A stretch of 28,370 nt of DNA from Candidatus Fervidifonticultor sextus (GTDB lineage: Bacteria > Sysuimicrobiota > Sysuimicrobiia > Sysuimicrobiales > Humicultoraceae): contig JAVKHQ010000033.1 of the NCBI GenBank assembly GCA_031459875.1, forward strand, positions 1 through 28,370. Direction: 5' to 3'. Positions within the stretch are counted from its first letter, which is position 1, and each line of letters starts with the position of its first letter. The position numbers and the translations under genes were made by a program. Of this stretch, positions 1 to 10,112 are shown in pieces. The notes beneath the pieces are model-generated. The model saw nothing but the letters and a program-made list of their open reading frames with translations. It searched no databases and was not told where the DNA came from.

Positions 1-117
1 GCTTCTACAATCGGGAGCGGCCTCATCTGGGCTACCGTCTCAGAGGTCGCACTCCGGCGATGCTGTTCAAGACTCGGTTGGGGTCTCAAAGTGCAAACAC
101 CTAGTCCAAACTTGACA
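1..117 (+). mobile_element. Right end of an IS481-family insertion sequence (partial)
   Basis: Lower-GC stretch encoding a transposase C-terminus and ending ...CCTAGTCCAAACTTGACA (reads TGTCAAG... on the minus strand; IS481-family ends are 5'-TGT). Sequence switches abruptly to permease-coding DNA at 118. Confidence 0.8.
3..104 (+). CDS. IS481/IS3-type DDE transposase, C-terminal fragment (5' truncated by window edge)
   Basis: Frame 3 reads FYNRERPHLGYRLRGRTPAMLFKTRLGSQSANT*. YNxxRPH...GRTP is the integrase-core C-terminal signature. Not in the ORF track. Confidence 0.85.
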   Translation, partial: FYNRERPHLGYRLRGRTPAMLFKTRLGSQSANT

Positions 118-1634
118 GCCTGGCGGGCTTCCTCCTTGCGCTGCTCTACCTCGGCTTTGGGGCTCTGCGCAACAGCCTCCTGCTGGCCATCATCGTAGGG
201 GTGATCTCGACGGCGCTGGGATTTCTGTTCGCGCTGCTGGTGGAGCGGTCGCGGTGGTCAGTCCACCGATTGTTGGGCCCTCTGTCGATCCTGCCGATCA
301 TCACGCCGCCCTTCGTGCTGGGGCTGGCCATGATCTACATGTTCGGCCAGCGGGGCTTCATCACGCACCGCCTGCTGGGGATCTCCACCAACGTCTTCTT
401 CGGCCCCGTGGGTGTGGCGACCGCGCAGGTCCTGGCCTTTGCGCCCATCGCCTACCTGGTCTTGCGGGGCGCGGTGCGGGCGATGGATGTCGCCGTGGAG
501 GAAGCGGCGGAGACGCTGGGGGCCTCGCGGGAGCAGATCTTCAAGATGGTGGTCTGGCCGTTGGCCCGACCGGCCATCGCCAACGCCTTCCTCCTGGTCG
601 CCATCGAGAGCCTGGCCGACTTCGGCAACCCCCTCATCGTCGGCGGCGGCCAGCGGTACCTGGCCACGGAGATCTTCTACGCGATTGTGGGACGCTTCAA
701 CCTCAACGAGGCCGCCGTCTACGGTGTCACCCTCCTGGCCATGACCCTGACGATCTTTCTCATCCAACGGTACTGGATCGGAGAGCGCGGTTACGTTACC
801 GTCACCGGCCGGCCGAGCGCGGGCGCCGCGCGACCGCTGCCGATCGTCCTCGACTACGGCGGGACGGTCGCCATTGTGGCCTGGATTTTCCTGACCCTGC
901 TGCTCTACGGCTCTGTGTTTATTGGCAGCGTCACCAAACTCTGGGGGTTTGACTACACACCCACCCTGGAGCACCTCCGGGCGCTGTCCCCGCAGGGCTG
1001 GCAGGTGTTCTGGACCTCCACGCGTCTGGCCGCGGTGGCCGCCGTGCCGTCGGCCCTGCTGGGGTTCCTCATCGGTTACCTAGTGACCCGGGTGGACTTC
1101 CCGGGCCGATCGGTGCTGGAGTTCGCCTCCATGCTCTCTTTCGCCGTGCCGGGCACCGTCATGGGCATCGGGTATGTCCTGGTTTTCAATCAGGGGGTGC
1201 TGCTGCTGACTGGCACCGAACTCATCATCATCCTCGCCTTCGTGTTCCGCAACATGCCGGTGGCCATCCGGGCCGGCATCGCCGCCATCCACCAGCTGGA
1301 CCGATCGGTGGAGGAAGCCGCGACCCTCCTGGGGGCGGATACGGCAACCACGCTGCGACGCGTGGTGGGCCCGCTGCTCCGACCGGCCCTGCTCTCTGGC
1401 CTGATCTTCGCCTTTGTCAACGCCATGACGGCCGTCAGCCAGGTCATCTTCCTGGTCTCGCCGCAGCACAACCTGGCTACGGTTCAGATTCTCTCCCACG
1501 CGGAGTACGGGCGCCTGGGTCCCGCGGCGGCGCTGGCCTCACTGCTGATCGTCTGCATGGCGGCGGTGGTGCTGGCGGTCTACCTCGCGACGAACCGTCT
1601 GGGTGTGGGCCCTGGCGGGGAGGTGGCGATCTGA
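118..1634 (+). pseudogene. FbpB/AfuB-type ABC transporter permease, 5' part cut off by the IS insertion
   Basis: Two permease repeats with EAA loops (EEAAETLGAS, EEAATLLGAD). Hydrophobic coding frame continues upstream of GTG 201 (LAGFLLALLYLGFGALRNSLLLAIIVG) right up to the IS end. No well-spaced RBS at 201. Confidence 0.8.
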
Positions 1635-2707
1635 TGGCCGCTACCCACATGCCGCCCGACCGGACCCCCCGTGCGGCGGCCAGCGTGCGTCTGGAGGACG
1701 TCTGCAAGTCGTTTGGGCCGATCGTGGCCATCGATCGGATTTCGCTGGAGGTGCCGGCAGGAAGGCTAGTGACGCTGCTCGGTCCGTCGGGTTGCGGCAA
1801 GACCACGACCCTGCGGGTCATCGCAGGCCTGGAAGCCCCAACCCGTGGCAGGGTGTTCATCGGCGGCGAGGATGTCACCCCGCTGCCTGCGGCTCAGCGC
1901 CGCGTCACCATGGTCTTTCAATCCTACGCGCTCTTCCCCCACCTCACCGTGTTCGAGAACGTGGCATTCGGCCTGCGTCTGCTGCGACAGCCGGAAGCCG
2001 AGGTCCGTCGACGGGTCGAGGAGGCTCTGGCACTGGTGGGCCTTGAAGGGACCGAGGGCCGCTTTCCTGCCAGGCTCTCGGGCGGACAGCAGCAGCGCGT
2101 CTCGCTGGCAAGGGCCCTCGTCATGGAGCCGGCGGTGATTCTGTTCGACGAGCCCCTGAGCAACCTGGACGCCAAGCTGCGTAAGCACGTCCGCGCCGAG
2201 ATCCGCGAACTGCAGCGGCGTCTGGGCATCACCGCCGTCTACGTCACCCACGATCAGGCGGAGGCGCTCTCGCTGTCCGACATCATCGTGGTGATGCACA
2301 TGGGTCGCGTCGAACAGGTCGGCACCCCCGAGGAGCTCTACCGGCGTCCGTCCAACCGGTTCGTGGCCGACTTCATCGGAGAGGCCAACCTGCTCCCCGC
2401 CACCTATCACAGGGGGGAGGTCGTGGTGGCGACCTACCGGCTCCCCTACCAGCAGGAGGGCATCACCGACGGCGACTGGACGTTGCTCGTTCGACCGGAG
2501 GCCGTGCGCCTCGACGCCGGAGACGAGGGGCTGCCGGGAACGGTCCGCACCGCGGCCTACCTCGGCGTTCACATCGAGTATCGAATCGAGACGCCGGTGG
2601 GCATGCTGTTCGCGATCGGTCCGGCGGATCGCGCGCAGGTTCATCCCGTGGGAAGCCGGGTCACGGCGACCTTCGATGTCGGCGGCATCTACCTGCTCGC
2701 CCGTTAG
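1634..2707 (+). CDS. ABC transporter ATP-binding subunit (FbpC/AfuC/PotA type, C-terminal TOBE-like domain)
   Basis: Walker A GPSGCGKT, signature LSGGQQQR, Walker B ILFDEP, H-loop YVTHD. TGATG coupling to the permease stop. Confidence 0.95.
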   Translation: MAATHMPPDRTPRAAASVRLEDVCKSFGPIVAIDRISLEVPAGRLVTLLGPSGCGKTTTLRVIAGLEAPTRGRVFIGGEDVTPLPAAQRRVTMVFQSYALFPHLTVFENVAFGLRLLRQPEAEVRRRVEEALALVGLEGTEGRFPARLSGGQQQRVSLARALVMEPAVILFDEPLSNLDAKLRKHVRAEIRELQRRLGITAVYVTHDQAEALSLSDIIVVMHMGRVEQVGTPEELYRRPSNRFVADFIGEANLLPATYHRGEVVVATYRLPYQQEGITDGDWTLLVRPEAVRLDAGDEGLPGTVRTAAYLGVHIEYRIETPVGMLFAIGPADRAQVHPVGSRVTATFDVGGIYLLAR

Positions 2708-2733
2708 GGACCGATGACCGTGGTGCCGATCGC

Positions 2734-3507
2734 ATGACCGACCTTGATGCCCTGCTTCGGTGCGCCTGCGACGCAGCGCGGGCGGCGGGTGACGCGGTCT
2801 CCCCGTGGCTCGGGCGTGCCGTCCCGATGCGCGCGACGACGCCGGGCCCGGTCACGAAGGCCGACCTCGACGCCGAGCAGGCCGCGCTGGCCGTCATTCG
2901 GCGCGCCTTCCCGGCCCACGCCGTGCTGAGCGAGGAGCAGGGGCTGACCGGGACCGACCCGCGGCGGTGGATCCTCGACCCGTTGGATGGCACCGCCAAC
3001 TTCGTCCGCGGCATCCCCTGGTACGATGTTTCCGTCGCCTTCGAGACCGGCGGCCGGGTGGAGGTAGGCGTGGTCTATGCGCCGGCGCTGGGATGGCTGT
3101 TCACGGCCGTCCGCGGGCGGGGCGCCTGGCTCAACGGCCGACCCATCGCCGTCTCAACACACGGGACACTTGAGGGAGGGGTGGTAGACGTCGGGTTCCG
3201 GCGTCAGGACTGGACCGACCCCTCGCGCCTCGCCTGCCTGGCGCGGCTGTCTCAAGCCGGCGTCGAACTGCGCAGCCTGAACGCCTGTGCCCTCGATCTG
3301 GCGTTTGTCGCGGCGGGATGGTTGGAGGCCTACTGGGATGTCTGGGCGCATCCCTGGGACGTGGCGGCCGGGAAGGTGCTGGTCAGGGAGGCCGGTGGTC
3401 GCGTCACCGAGCGGCCTCTCGCCCAGGCCCCAGATGCTCCCATGGTGATCGTCGGATCCAACGCCGGGCTCCACGACGCGGTGTGCACTGCGGTGGAGCT
3501 GACGTGA
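2734..3507 (+). CDS. Inositol monophosphatase (SuhB/FIG) family phosphatase
   Basis: Motifs VTKAD, LSEE, WILDPLDGTANF and PWDVAAG...EAGG. Confidence 0.92.
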   Translation: MTDLDALLRCACDAARAAGDAVSPWLGRAVPMRATTPGPVTKADLDAEQAALAVIRRAFPAHAVLSEEQGLTGTDPRRWILDPLDGTANFVRGIPWYDVSVAFETGGRVEVGVVYAPALGWLFTAVRGRGAWLNGRPIAVSTHGTLEGGVVDVGFRRQDWTDPSRLACLARLSQAGVELRSLNACALDLAFVAAGWLEAYWDVWAHPWDVAAGKVLVREAGGRVTERPLAQAPDAPMVIVGSNAGLHDAVCTAVELT

Positions 3508-3513
3508 GGCGCG

Positions 3514-3542
3514 TTGACGGGGTGGGGGAGGCCTGCTACGAT
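3514..3542 (+). promoter_or_regulatory. Sigma70-type promoter of tRNA-Pro
   Basis: TTGACG-17 nt-TACGAT with TG extension, ending 8 nt before the tRNA. Confidence 0.7.
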
Positions 3543-3550
3543 CGCGGCGA

Positions 3551-3627
3551 CGGGGCGTAGCGCAGCCTGGTAGCGCGTCTGGTTTGGGACCAGAAGGTCG
3601 GCGGTTCAAATCCGCCCGCCCCGACCA
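3551..3627 (+). tRNA. tRNA-Pro(TGG)
   Basis: Acceptor CGGGGCG/CGCCCCG, anticodon arm TCTGG-TTTGGGA-CCAGA, T-loop TTCAAAT, encoded CCA. Confidence 0.97.
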
Positions 3628-3785
3628 GCCGGGATGCCGGTCACCCTGCGGTTGGCAGGTACTGCGATCCGCCGCGACGCGCGGCGCCTTGCCCCCGATG
3701 GGGCTTTCGGGCGCCGCAGTTCCTCCCCTCCCCCAAGGATGAGGAACGCGACGGTGGCCCACTTCGTGGTTCCCTCCGGCGACGT

Positions 3786-4631
3786 TCATGGGAAGAAGAA
3801 CTCGTCCGCGCTGCCGCCGTCATTGAACATGATCGAGCGCGGGCTCCGGCCGGTCGGGAGGACGAACACGAGCGCGCACGAGCCGCTCTCTCCGGGCCTC
3901 ACCGTCACCGTCGACCGGCAGGCGTCGCGACGCGCCAGGGTCGAGCGGTCGTACCGGTAGGCCTTTCCCTCGCGGTCGATCAGGGTGAAGAAGTTGGGGT
4001 TGAGCACCTTGGCGCCGCGACTCATGTTCCTCAGGGTCACGGCGATGATGGCCGCTCGGATCGGAGGCTGTCCGTCGCCGGCGGCCGCCGTGGCATAGGC
4101 GGGTGCCCGCGCCGTCAGCAGGACGTCCCGGGCCGGCACCTCGTCCGAGAGGATCGCGCGCACGAAGGTCCTGGGATCATAGACGCCGATCCGGATGATC
4201 GTGCCGGCACCCGTGACCACCACGAGCCCGATGGCGTCGAACCAGAGATGCCGGCTGTCGCCGCCGGATGCCGGGGTGCCGTAGGCCGTGGTCGCGGCCG
4301 CCGCCGGCTGGCCCACGGCCAGGCCGCGTTCGGTGCGGAACCGGTCGCTGCTGGTCAGAACCATGACGATCTGCCCGTCCCGCGTGGCCACGGTGACGCG
4401 GTGGCGCGCGTAGGTCAGATAGGAGATGGTCCCCGACGCGTGCGTGTGATCCGGCGGTCCCCAATCCGGCATCTGCTGGAGGGTCAGGACCGGCGCCCCC
4501 AGGCGGACTGGACCGAGGGACTGCCCGGGCACAATGAGCATGGGGTCGGGCGCGGCCCGGGCTGCGACGGTGAGCCCTGACGGCAGCGACAGGAAGGCAA
4601 GCAGCAGACAGCAACGCCTCACGGCGTTCAC
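3786..4631 (-). CDS. Exported protein with C-terminal DUF4352-like Ig-fold domain
   Basis: Signal-peptide-like RRCCLLLAFLSLPSGLTVAARA. C-terminal VTLRN...LNPNFFTLIDREGKAY...VRPGESGSCALVFVLP resembles DUF4352. Start uncertain (GTG 4631 or 4622); the track start 4784 overlaps moxR. Confidence 0.7.
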   Translation of the reverse strand: MNAVRRCCLLLAFLSLPSGLTVAARAAPDPMLIVPGQSLGPVRLGAPVLTLQQMPDWGPPDHTHASGTISYLTYARHRVTVATRDGQIVMVLTSSDRFRTERGLAVGQPAAAATTAYGTPASGGDSRHLWFDAIGLVVVTGAGTIIRIGVYDPRTFVRAILSDEVPARDVLLTARAPAYATAAAGDGQPPIRAAIIAVTLRNMSRGAKVLNPNFFTLIDREGKAYRYDRSTLARRDACRSTVTVRPGESGSCALVFVLPTGRSPRSIMFNDGGSADEFFFP

Positions 4632-4715
4632 GTATTCTGCATGCGCACGCCCGACCCTTGCAAGAAGGCCGAAAGGTCTCTGCACCAGGCAGTATGAATC
4701 GGGCCTGGGGGTTCC

Positions 4716-4745
4716 TTGACCCTCGTCGGACGTCGGTGCTAACGT
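4716..4745 (+). promoter_or_regulatory. Possible sigma70 promoter of the moxR operon
   Basis: TTGACC-18 nt-TAACGT with TG extension, upstream of the GGGAGG RBS. Confidence 0.4.
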
Positions 4746-4773
4746 GGTACCAACGACAGAAAGGGAGGATTGG

Positions 4774-5826
4774 ATGGTGACCATTTCCCTTGAGACTTTC
4801 CAGCAGGCGTCGTCGACGATGCGGAAGGTCCTCTACGAGGTCAAGCGGGTGATCGTCGGCCAGGACCTGATGCTCGAACGGCTGCTGGTGGCGCTGCTGG
4901 CGCGTGGCCACGTCCTCATCGAGGGTGTTCCCGGCCTGGCCAAGACTCTGGCCATCAAGAGCACGGCCCGGGCCATCGACTGCGACTTCAAGCGCATCCA
5001 GTTCACGCCGGATCTGGTCCCCGCCGATCTGGTCGGCACGCGGATCTTCAACCAGCGCACCAACACCTTCGAGACCGAACTCGGCCCGATCTTCGCCAAC
5101 TTCGTCCTGGCCGACGAGATCAACCGGGCGCCGGCCAAGGTGCAGTCGGCGCTCCTGGAGGCGATGCAGGAGCGGCAGGTCACCATCGGCAAGCAGACCT
5201 TCCACCTGCCTGAGCCGTTCCTGGTCATGGCCACCCAGAACCCGATCGAGAGCGAGGGGACCTATCCGCTGCCCGAGGCGCAGGTGGACCGCTTCATGTT
5301 CAAGGTCGTCATTGAGTATCCTAGCTACCACGAAGAGGTGACGGTCGTCGAGCGCATGAGCAGCAACCCGCCCGAGGTGGTCCCGGTGATCTCGGCGGCC
5401 GAGCTTAAGGATCTCCAGGCGGTGACCGATGCGGTCTACGTGGACCCGAAGATCCGCGAGTACGCCGTGGCGCTGGCCACGGCGACGCGACGGCCCCAGG
5501 AGGTGGGGCTGGAGCGGCTCCGGCGATATGTCGCCTACGGCGCCAGCCCCCGTGCGTCCCTCAATATGGTGTTGGGGGGGCGGGCCCTGGCGCTGCTGCG
5601 CGGCCGCGACTACGTGATGCCCGAGGATATCCGGGATCTCGCGCCGGAGGTCCTGCGGCACCGGTTGGTCCTCTCCTACGAGGCTCTGGCCGACGAGGTC
5701 ACCGCCGATGCGATCATCGAGCAGACCATCGGCGCCGTGGCGATTCCGCGTCTGGCGCTGGGCGATCCCTTGGAGCGGGAGCGCCTGCGGGCCGCCACCG
5801 CCGGTGAAGCGAGCGAAGGAATGTAG
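4774..5826 (+). CDS. moxR: MoxR-family AAA+ ATPase
   Basis: [79 protein letters not shown] before ATG 4774. Confidence 0.95.
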   Translation: MVTISLETFQQASSTMRKVLYEVKRVIVGQDLMLERLLVALLARGHVLIEGVPGLAKTLAIKSTARAIDCDFKRIQFTPDLVPADLVGTRIFNQRTNTFETELGPIFANFVLADEINRAPAKVQSALLEAMQERQVTIGKQTFHLPEPFLVMATQNPIESEGTYPLPEAQVDRFMFKVVIEYPSYHEEVTVVERMSSNPPEVVPVISAAELKDLQAVTDAVYVDPKIREYAVALATATRRPQEVGLERLRRYVAYGASPRASLNMVLGGRALALLRGRDYVMPEDIRDLAPEVLRHRLVLSYEALADEVTADAIIEQTIGAVAIPRLALGDPLERERLRAATAGEASEGM

Positions 5827-5833
5827 GCGCCGC

Positions 5834-6745
5834 ATGCCGACCGCCGCGTTCCAGGATACTCCGGAGCAGTTGCTGCGACGGCTGCAGTTCACCGTGGTGC
5901 GGCACCTGGACGGGTTCCTGTTCGGCGACTACCGCGGGATCTTCTACGGACCGAGCCTGGACCTGGCCGAGGTCCGCGAATACCAGCCCGGGGACGAGAT
6001 CCGCCGCATCGACTGGAACGTCACCGCGCGCATGAACCGGCTCTTCGTCCGGCAGTACCTGGAGGAACGCGAACTGACCGCCTGGCTGCTGGTGGACCTC
6101 TCGCCGTCCATGGCATTCGGGACGCGGCGGAGGCTGAAGCGTGAACTGGCCATCGAGTTCGCCGGGGTGGCCTCCTACATCATCACGCGCCACGGCGACA
6201 AGGTGGGGGCGATCGCCTTTCCGGGCCGGGGCGTCCCGGTGGTGCCCCCGCGGACGGGACGGCGCCACGCCCTGCGGCTCGTGCACACCCTGCAGCGCCT
6301 GGACGGAGCCGGCGCGGGCCGGACCGACCTGGCCGGGACGCTGGAGTCCGCCGTTGGGTTGTTCAAACGGCGGCACCTCGTCTTCGTCGTCTCCGACTTT
6401 ATCGCCCCGGCCGGATGGGAACGCCCGCTGCGGGAACTGGGCCGGCGCCACGACGTCGTCGCGGTGTGGGTCCGCGATCCGGCGGAAGAGGCCCTGCCTG
6501 ATGTGGGCGTGGTGCCGGTACGCGATCCCGAGACCGGCGAGCACTGCTGGATCGACACCTCCGACCAGCGGGTGCGGTCCGCGTTCGCCGCGCTGGTCGA
6601 CGCGCGCCGCGTGCGGGTCACCGACGCCTTTCGCCGGGCGCGCGTGGATCACCTGGAACTCTCGACGGCGGAGTCCATGGTCACTCCCCTGGTGCGGTTC
6701 GTGCTCCGCCGGCGGAGGCGCGTATGGAGTTCCGCTGGCCGCTGA
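5834..6745 (+). CDS. DUF58 domain protein
   Basis: EVREYQPGDEIRRIDWNVTAR, LLVDLSPSM, VVSDF; canonical position after MoxR. Confidence 0.92.
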   Translation: MPTAAFQDTPEQLLRRLQFTVVRHLDGFLFGDYRGIFYGPSLDLAEVREYQPGDEIRRIDWNVTARMNRLFVRQYLEERELTAWLLVDLSPSMAFGTRRRLKRELAIEFAGVASYIITRHGDKVGAIAFPGRGVPVVPPRTGRRHALRLVHTLQRLDGAGAGRTDLAGTLESAVGLFKRRHLVFVVSDFIAPAGWERPLRELGRRHDVVAVWVRDPAEEALPDVGVVPVRDPETGEHCWIDTSDQRVRSAFAALVDARRVRVTDAFRRARVDHLELSTAESMVTPLVRFVLRRRRRVWSSAGR

Positions 6746-7752
6746 TGCTGCTGGCACTGCTCCTGGTGCCCCTGCTGGCGGGCGCCTATCAGCTGGCGCT
6801 GCGCCGCCAGCGGCGGATCGCCGAGCGCTTCGCGGAGTCGCGGTTGTTCGAGCAGCTCGTCGTCCGGCCGCCGGCCTGGCAGCGGACGCTACCGCTGACC
6901 TGCTACCTGGCCGCGGTCGCCGTGCTGGCGGTGGCGATGGCGCGTCCGGTGGCGGCCCTGCCCCTGCCGGTGAACCAGGCGGCGGTCATCGTGGCCCTCG
7001 ACACCAGCAAGAGCATGATCGCCACCGACATGGCGCCGAGCCGGGTGGAAGCGGCCAAGGCCGCCGCGCGGACGTTCGCCGGCCTCGTGCCGCGGTCCAC
7101 CAAGATCGGCCTGGTTACGTTCAGCGAGTACGGGACCCTGCTGCTCGCGCCCACGACCGACCGCACGGCCTTCGCGGAGTCCCTGGAGCGCATTCAACTC
7201 CAGTCCGCGACGTCGGTGGGCGGCGGCATCCTGGAGGCGGTGCGCGTGCTGCCCGGCCGCGAGGCCGCGTTCCGCGAGCGGCTGGACCGGCTGATGCGCC
7301 GCGAGACCGGCCGTCTGCTGCCGCCGAACCCGCTGGAGCCGCGTCCCCGTCCCGAAGACCTGGTGCCCGCGTCGGTCATCCTCTTCTCCGACGGCGTCAA
7401 CAACTTCGGGCCGAACCCCTACGAGGCGGCCCAACTGGCGCGCGACGCGAAGGTTCGAATCTTCACGGTAGGCCTGGGGACCCCGGGCGGGACCGTGATG
7501 CGGATTGACGGGCAACTGGCCCTGGTCCCCTTCGATCCGGCCGGGCTGGAACGCATTGCGCAGATCAGCGGCGGGCGATACTATTCGTCGGCGAGCGACG
7601 AAGAACTCCGCCAGATCTCCCGGCAGCTCGGCCGGATCATCGGCTGGGAGCGGACGCGCACGGAGGTCTCGTTCCTGTTGCTGGCGATCGCCGGGGTCTT
7701 CGTGGCCGCCGGCGGGGCGATGTCCATGACGTGGTTCCGACGCCTGCCGTGA
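6724..7752 (+). CDS. Membrane-anchored VWA domain protein (BatA-like)
   Basis: N-terminal F.WP..L TM segment, LARP motif (MARP), MIDAS DTSKS, ILFSDG, C-terminal TM helix. Confidence 0.92.
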   Translation: MEFRWPLMLLALLLVPLLAGAYQLALRRQRRIAERFAESRLFEQLVVRPPAWQRTLPLTCYLAAVAVLAVAMARPVAALPLPVNQAAVIVALDTSKSMIATDMAPSRVEAAKAAARTFAGLVPRSTKIGLVTFSEYGTLLLAPTTDRTAFAESLERIQLQSATSVGGGILEAVRVLPGREAAFRERLDRLMRRETGRLLPPNPLEPRPRPEDLVPASVILFSDGVNNFGPNPYEAAQLARDAKVRIFTVGLGTPGGTVMRIDGQLALVPFDPAGLERIAQISGGRYYSSASDEELRQISRQLGRIIGWERTRTEVSFLLLAIAGVFVAAGGAMSMTWFRRLP

Positions 7753-8726
7753 CCTTCGAGTGGCCGGTCGTGCTGTGGGGCCTGGCGGCGGTGCCCCTGG
7801 TGGCGCTCGTCTACCGACGCCTCCTGGCCCGCCGGCCGAGGCGCGCCGTGCTGGTCCCCAACGTGGAGTTGCTCACCCAGGCTGCGTCCTACCGCAGCCG
7901 ATGGCGGCGGTGGGTGCCGACGGCCCTCTACCTGCTGGCCCTGGCCGCGATCGTGGCGGGGCTGGCGCGACCGGTCGCCCCGCTGCCGGTGCCCGCCAGC
8001 CAGGGCGTCGTGGTCCTCTCGATGGATGTCAGCCGCAGCATGCTGGCGGAGGACATGTCCCCCAACCGCATTGAGGCCGCCAAGGTCGCCGCGCGCGAGT
8101 TCGTCAAGGAACTGCCCGGCGGTTTCCGCATAGGACTGGTCACGTTCTCCAGCTATGCGAACACTGTGGTCCCTCCGACCGCGGACAAGGCAAGGGTGCT
8201 GGACGCCATCGATCTGCTTGCCACCGAGTTTGCCACGGCGATCGGCGACGGGCTCCTGGAGGCGGTCTACAACCTGCCCGGGCGCACGAGGCCGGCATTC
8301 CTGGGGGCGCCGCCCCCGCCGCCATCGGGCCCCCTGCCGCCCGGCGTGGTGGTCCTGATGTCGGACGGGCAGAGCAACCGCGGGGTGCTGCCGCTGGAGG
8401 CCGCCCGCACCGCCCGCGAACTCCAGGTCAAGGTCTACACGATCGGGATCGGGACCCCGGAGGGGACCTTCCTGAGCATCGGCGGACGGAGCATCTGGGT
8501 GCGTCTGGACGAAGAGACCCTGCGGGGGATGGCCGAGGCGACCGGCGGCGCGTACTACCGCACGACGAATGTCGCCGAGTTGCGGCGCGTCTACCGGCAG
8601 TTGGGCCGCGAGGTCGGCTGGGAGCGGAGACCCACCGAGGTCACCGGCGTCGCCGCTGCGGTCGCCCTCGTACTGGTGGTGGCTGCGGTCGCCGCATCGG
8701 TCCTCGACGTCCACCGCGTCCTGTAG
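7749..8726 (+). CDS. Second membrane-anchored VWA domain protein (paralog of the preceding gene)
   Basis: GTGA overlap with the upstream stop; FEWP, LARP, MIDAS DVSRS, VLMSDG, C-terminal TM helix. Confidence 0.92.
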   Translation: MTFEWPVVLWGLAAVPLVALVYRRLLARRPRRAVLVPNVELLTQAASYRSRWRRWVPTALYLLALAAIVAGLARPVAPLPVPASQGVVVLSMDVSRSMLAEDMSPNRIEAAKVAAREFVKELPGGFRIGLVTFSSYANTVVPPTADKARVLDAIDLLATEFATAIGDGLLEAVYNLPGRTRPAFLGAPPPPPSGPLPPGVVVLMSDGQSNRGVLPLEAARTARELQVKVYTIGIGTPEGTFLSIGGRSIWVRLDEETLRGMAEATGGAYYRTTNVAELRRVYRQLGREVGWERRPTEVTGVAAAVALVLVVAAVAASVLDVHRVL

Positions 8727-8743
8727 CGCCTCCTGCTCCGTCC

Positions 8744-10063
8744 ATGCAGACAACAAGGGTTGACGGCATCCCCGGCGCCGTCCGCCGGAATACCTGGCTG
8801 CTCTTCCTGGCCCAGGTGTGCGTGTCCACCGGACTGTCGACCTCGGCGCAACTGGGCAGCCTCATCGCGTACCACCTCAGCGGCACGGCGGCACTGGCCG
8901 GGCTGCCCTCGGCGATCTACTCGCTGGCATACGCGGGCGTGGGCTACCCCGCCGGCCGGTTCATGGACCGCCGCGGCCGCCGGGCCGGCCTGATGCTGGG
9001 TTTTGTGGTGGCGCTGGGCGGCGCGCTGCTGATCGCGGCCGGCGTCTCGCTGGGCTGGTTTGCAGGCTACCTCGCCGGCATGGTCGTTTTCAGCGCCGGG
9101 GTGGGCACCGGGATGCTGGCGCGCGCTGCGGCAGGCGACATGTACCCCACCACCCGCCGCGCGGGGGCGGTCGGCCTGGTCGTAAGCGGCGGGCTCGCCG
9201 GCGGCCTGCTCGGGCCGTCGCTGGTGGCGCTGGGTGACCGCCTGGCGCGGGCCTTCGGCGCGAACCCGCTGGTGCTGCCCTGGGCCTTCGTCTTCGCAGT
9301 GTTCGCGGCCGGGGCGGTCGCGCTGTCCCGGCTGCGGCCCGACCCGCGCGAGATCGGCCGCCGCCTGGCCGAGTACTTCCCCGACGAAGTCGAGGAGGCA
9401 TCGCCGAACGATGGTCCCGTGGCCGGACCCGCAGCGGCCCGGGCGACCACCTCGGTGCCGGCCATCATCGCCTCCCGGCCGGCTCAGGCCGCCATGGTCG
9501 CGCTCGCCTGCGCGCAGGCCACGATGGTGATGCTGATGGCGACGTCATCCCTGATGCTGTCGTTCCACGGACACCCGACCGAGACCATCTCGCTCATCTG
9601 GATGGCCCACATCCTGGGGATGTTCGCGCTCTCGGTGCCGGTGGGCCGGCTGGCCGACCGGGTCGGCCGGCGGCCGGTGTTGATCGGCGGGGCGCTACTC
9701 ACCGCTTCCAGCGGCCTGGTCTTCACCCTCGGCGTGCACTCGGCCTGGATCGCCGCCGTGGCTTTCTATCTCGTCGGGCTGGGGTGGTGCCTGGGGTTCG
9801 TCGCCGGCGCCGCGCTGCTGGGGGACCTTTCCGATGCCACCACCCGCGCCCGCGTGGTCGGCGTCAACGACCTGTTCACCAACCTCGCGGCCATGATGGC
9901 TGCGCTGCTGTCAGGCGCACTGCTCGCCCGCGGCGGGGAACCGACGGTAGGCGTGCTGGCGGCGGTTGTGGGCTCGGTGCCCCTGCTGGCCATCGCCCGC
10001 GCCGGGCGGACGATCGCGCCGACCTCCGCCCGGGCCGTCGCCACGACCGACGGCGGCAGGTAG
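8744..10063 (+). CDS. Major facilitator superfamily transporter
   Basis: About 12 hydrophobic segments; MFS motif A twice (GRFMDRRGRR, GRLADRVGRR). Confidence 0.92.
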   Translation: MQTTRVDGIPGAVRRNTWLLFLAQVCVSTGLSTSAQLGSLIAYHLSGTAALAGLPSAIYSLAYAGVGYPAGRFMDRRGRRAGLMLGFVVALGGALLIAAGVSLGWFAGYLAGMVVFSAGVGTGMLARAAAGDMYPTTRRAGAVGLVVSGGLAGGLLGPSLVALGDRLARAFGANPLVLPWAFVFAVFAAGAVALSRLRPDPREIGRRLAEYFPDEVEEASPNDGPVAGPAAARATTSVPAIIASRPAQAAMVALACAQATMVMLMATSSLMLSFHGHPTETISLIWMAHILGMFALSVPVGRLADRVGRRPVLIGGALLTASSGLVFTLGVHSAWIAAVAFYLVGLGWCLGFVAGAALLGDLSDATTRARVVGVNDLFTNLAAMMAALLSGALLARGGEPTVGVLAAVVGSVPLLAIARAGRTIAPTSARAVATTDGGR

Positions 10064-10112
10064 GCGCTGCCCCCGCTGGGTGGAGGGCCGTCGGGGTGGG
10101 CGGGCCTCAGGA

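Noticed and set aside
4177..5892. 571-aa minus-strand ORF, and similar long antisense ORFs at 21662-23344, 25931-27115, 7581-8756 and 5714-6757
   Set aside because: Shadow ORFs opposite well-supported genes, expected in high-GC DNA; no motifs.
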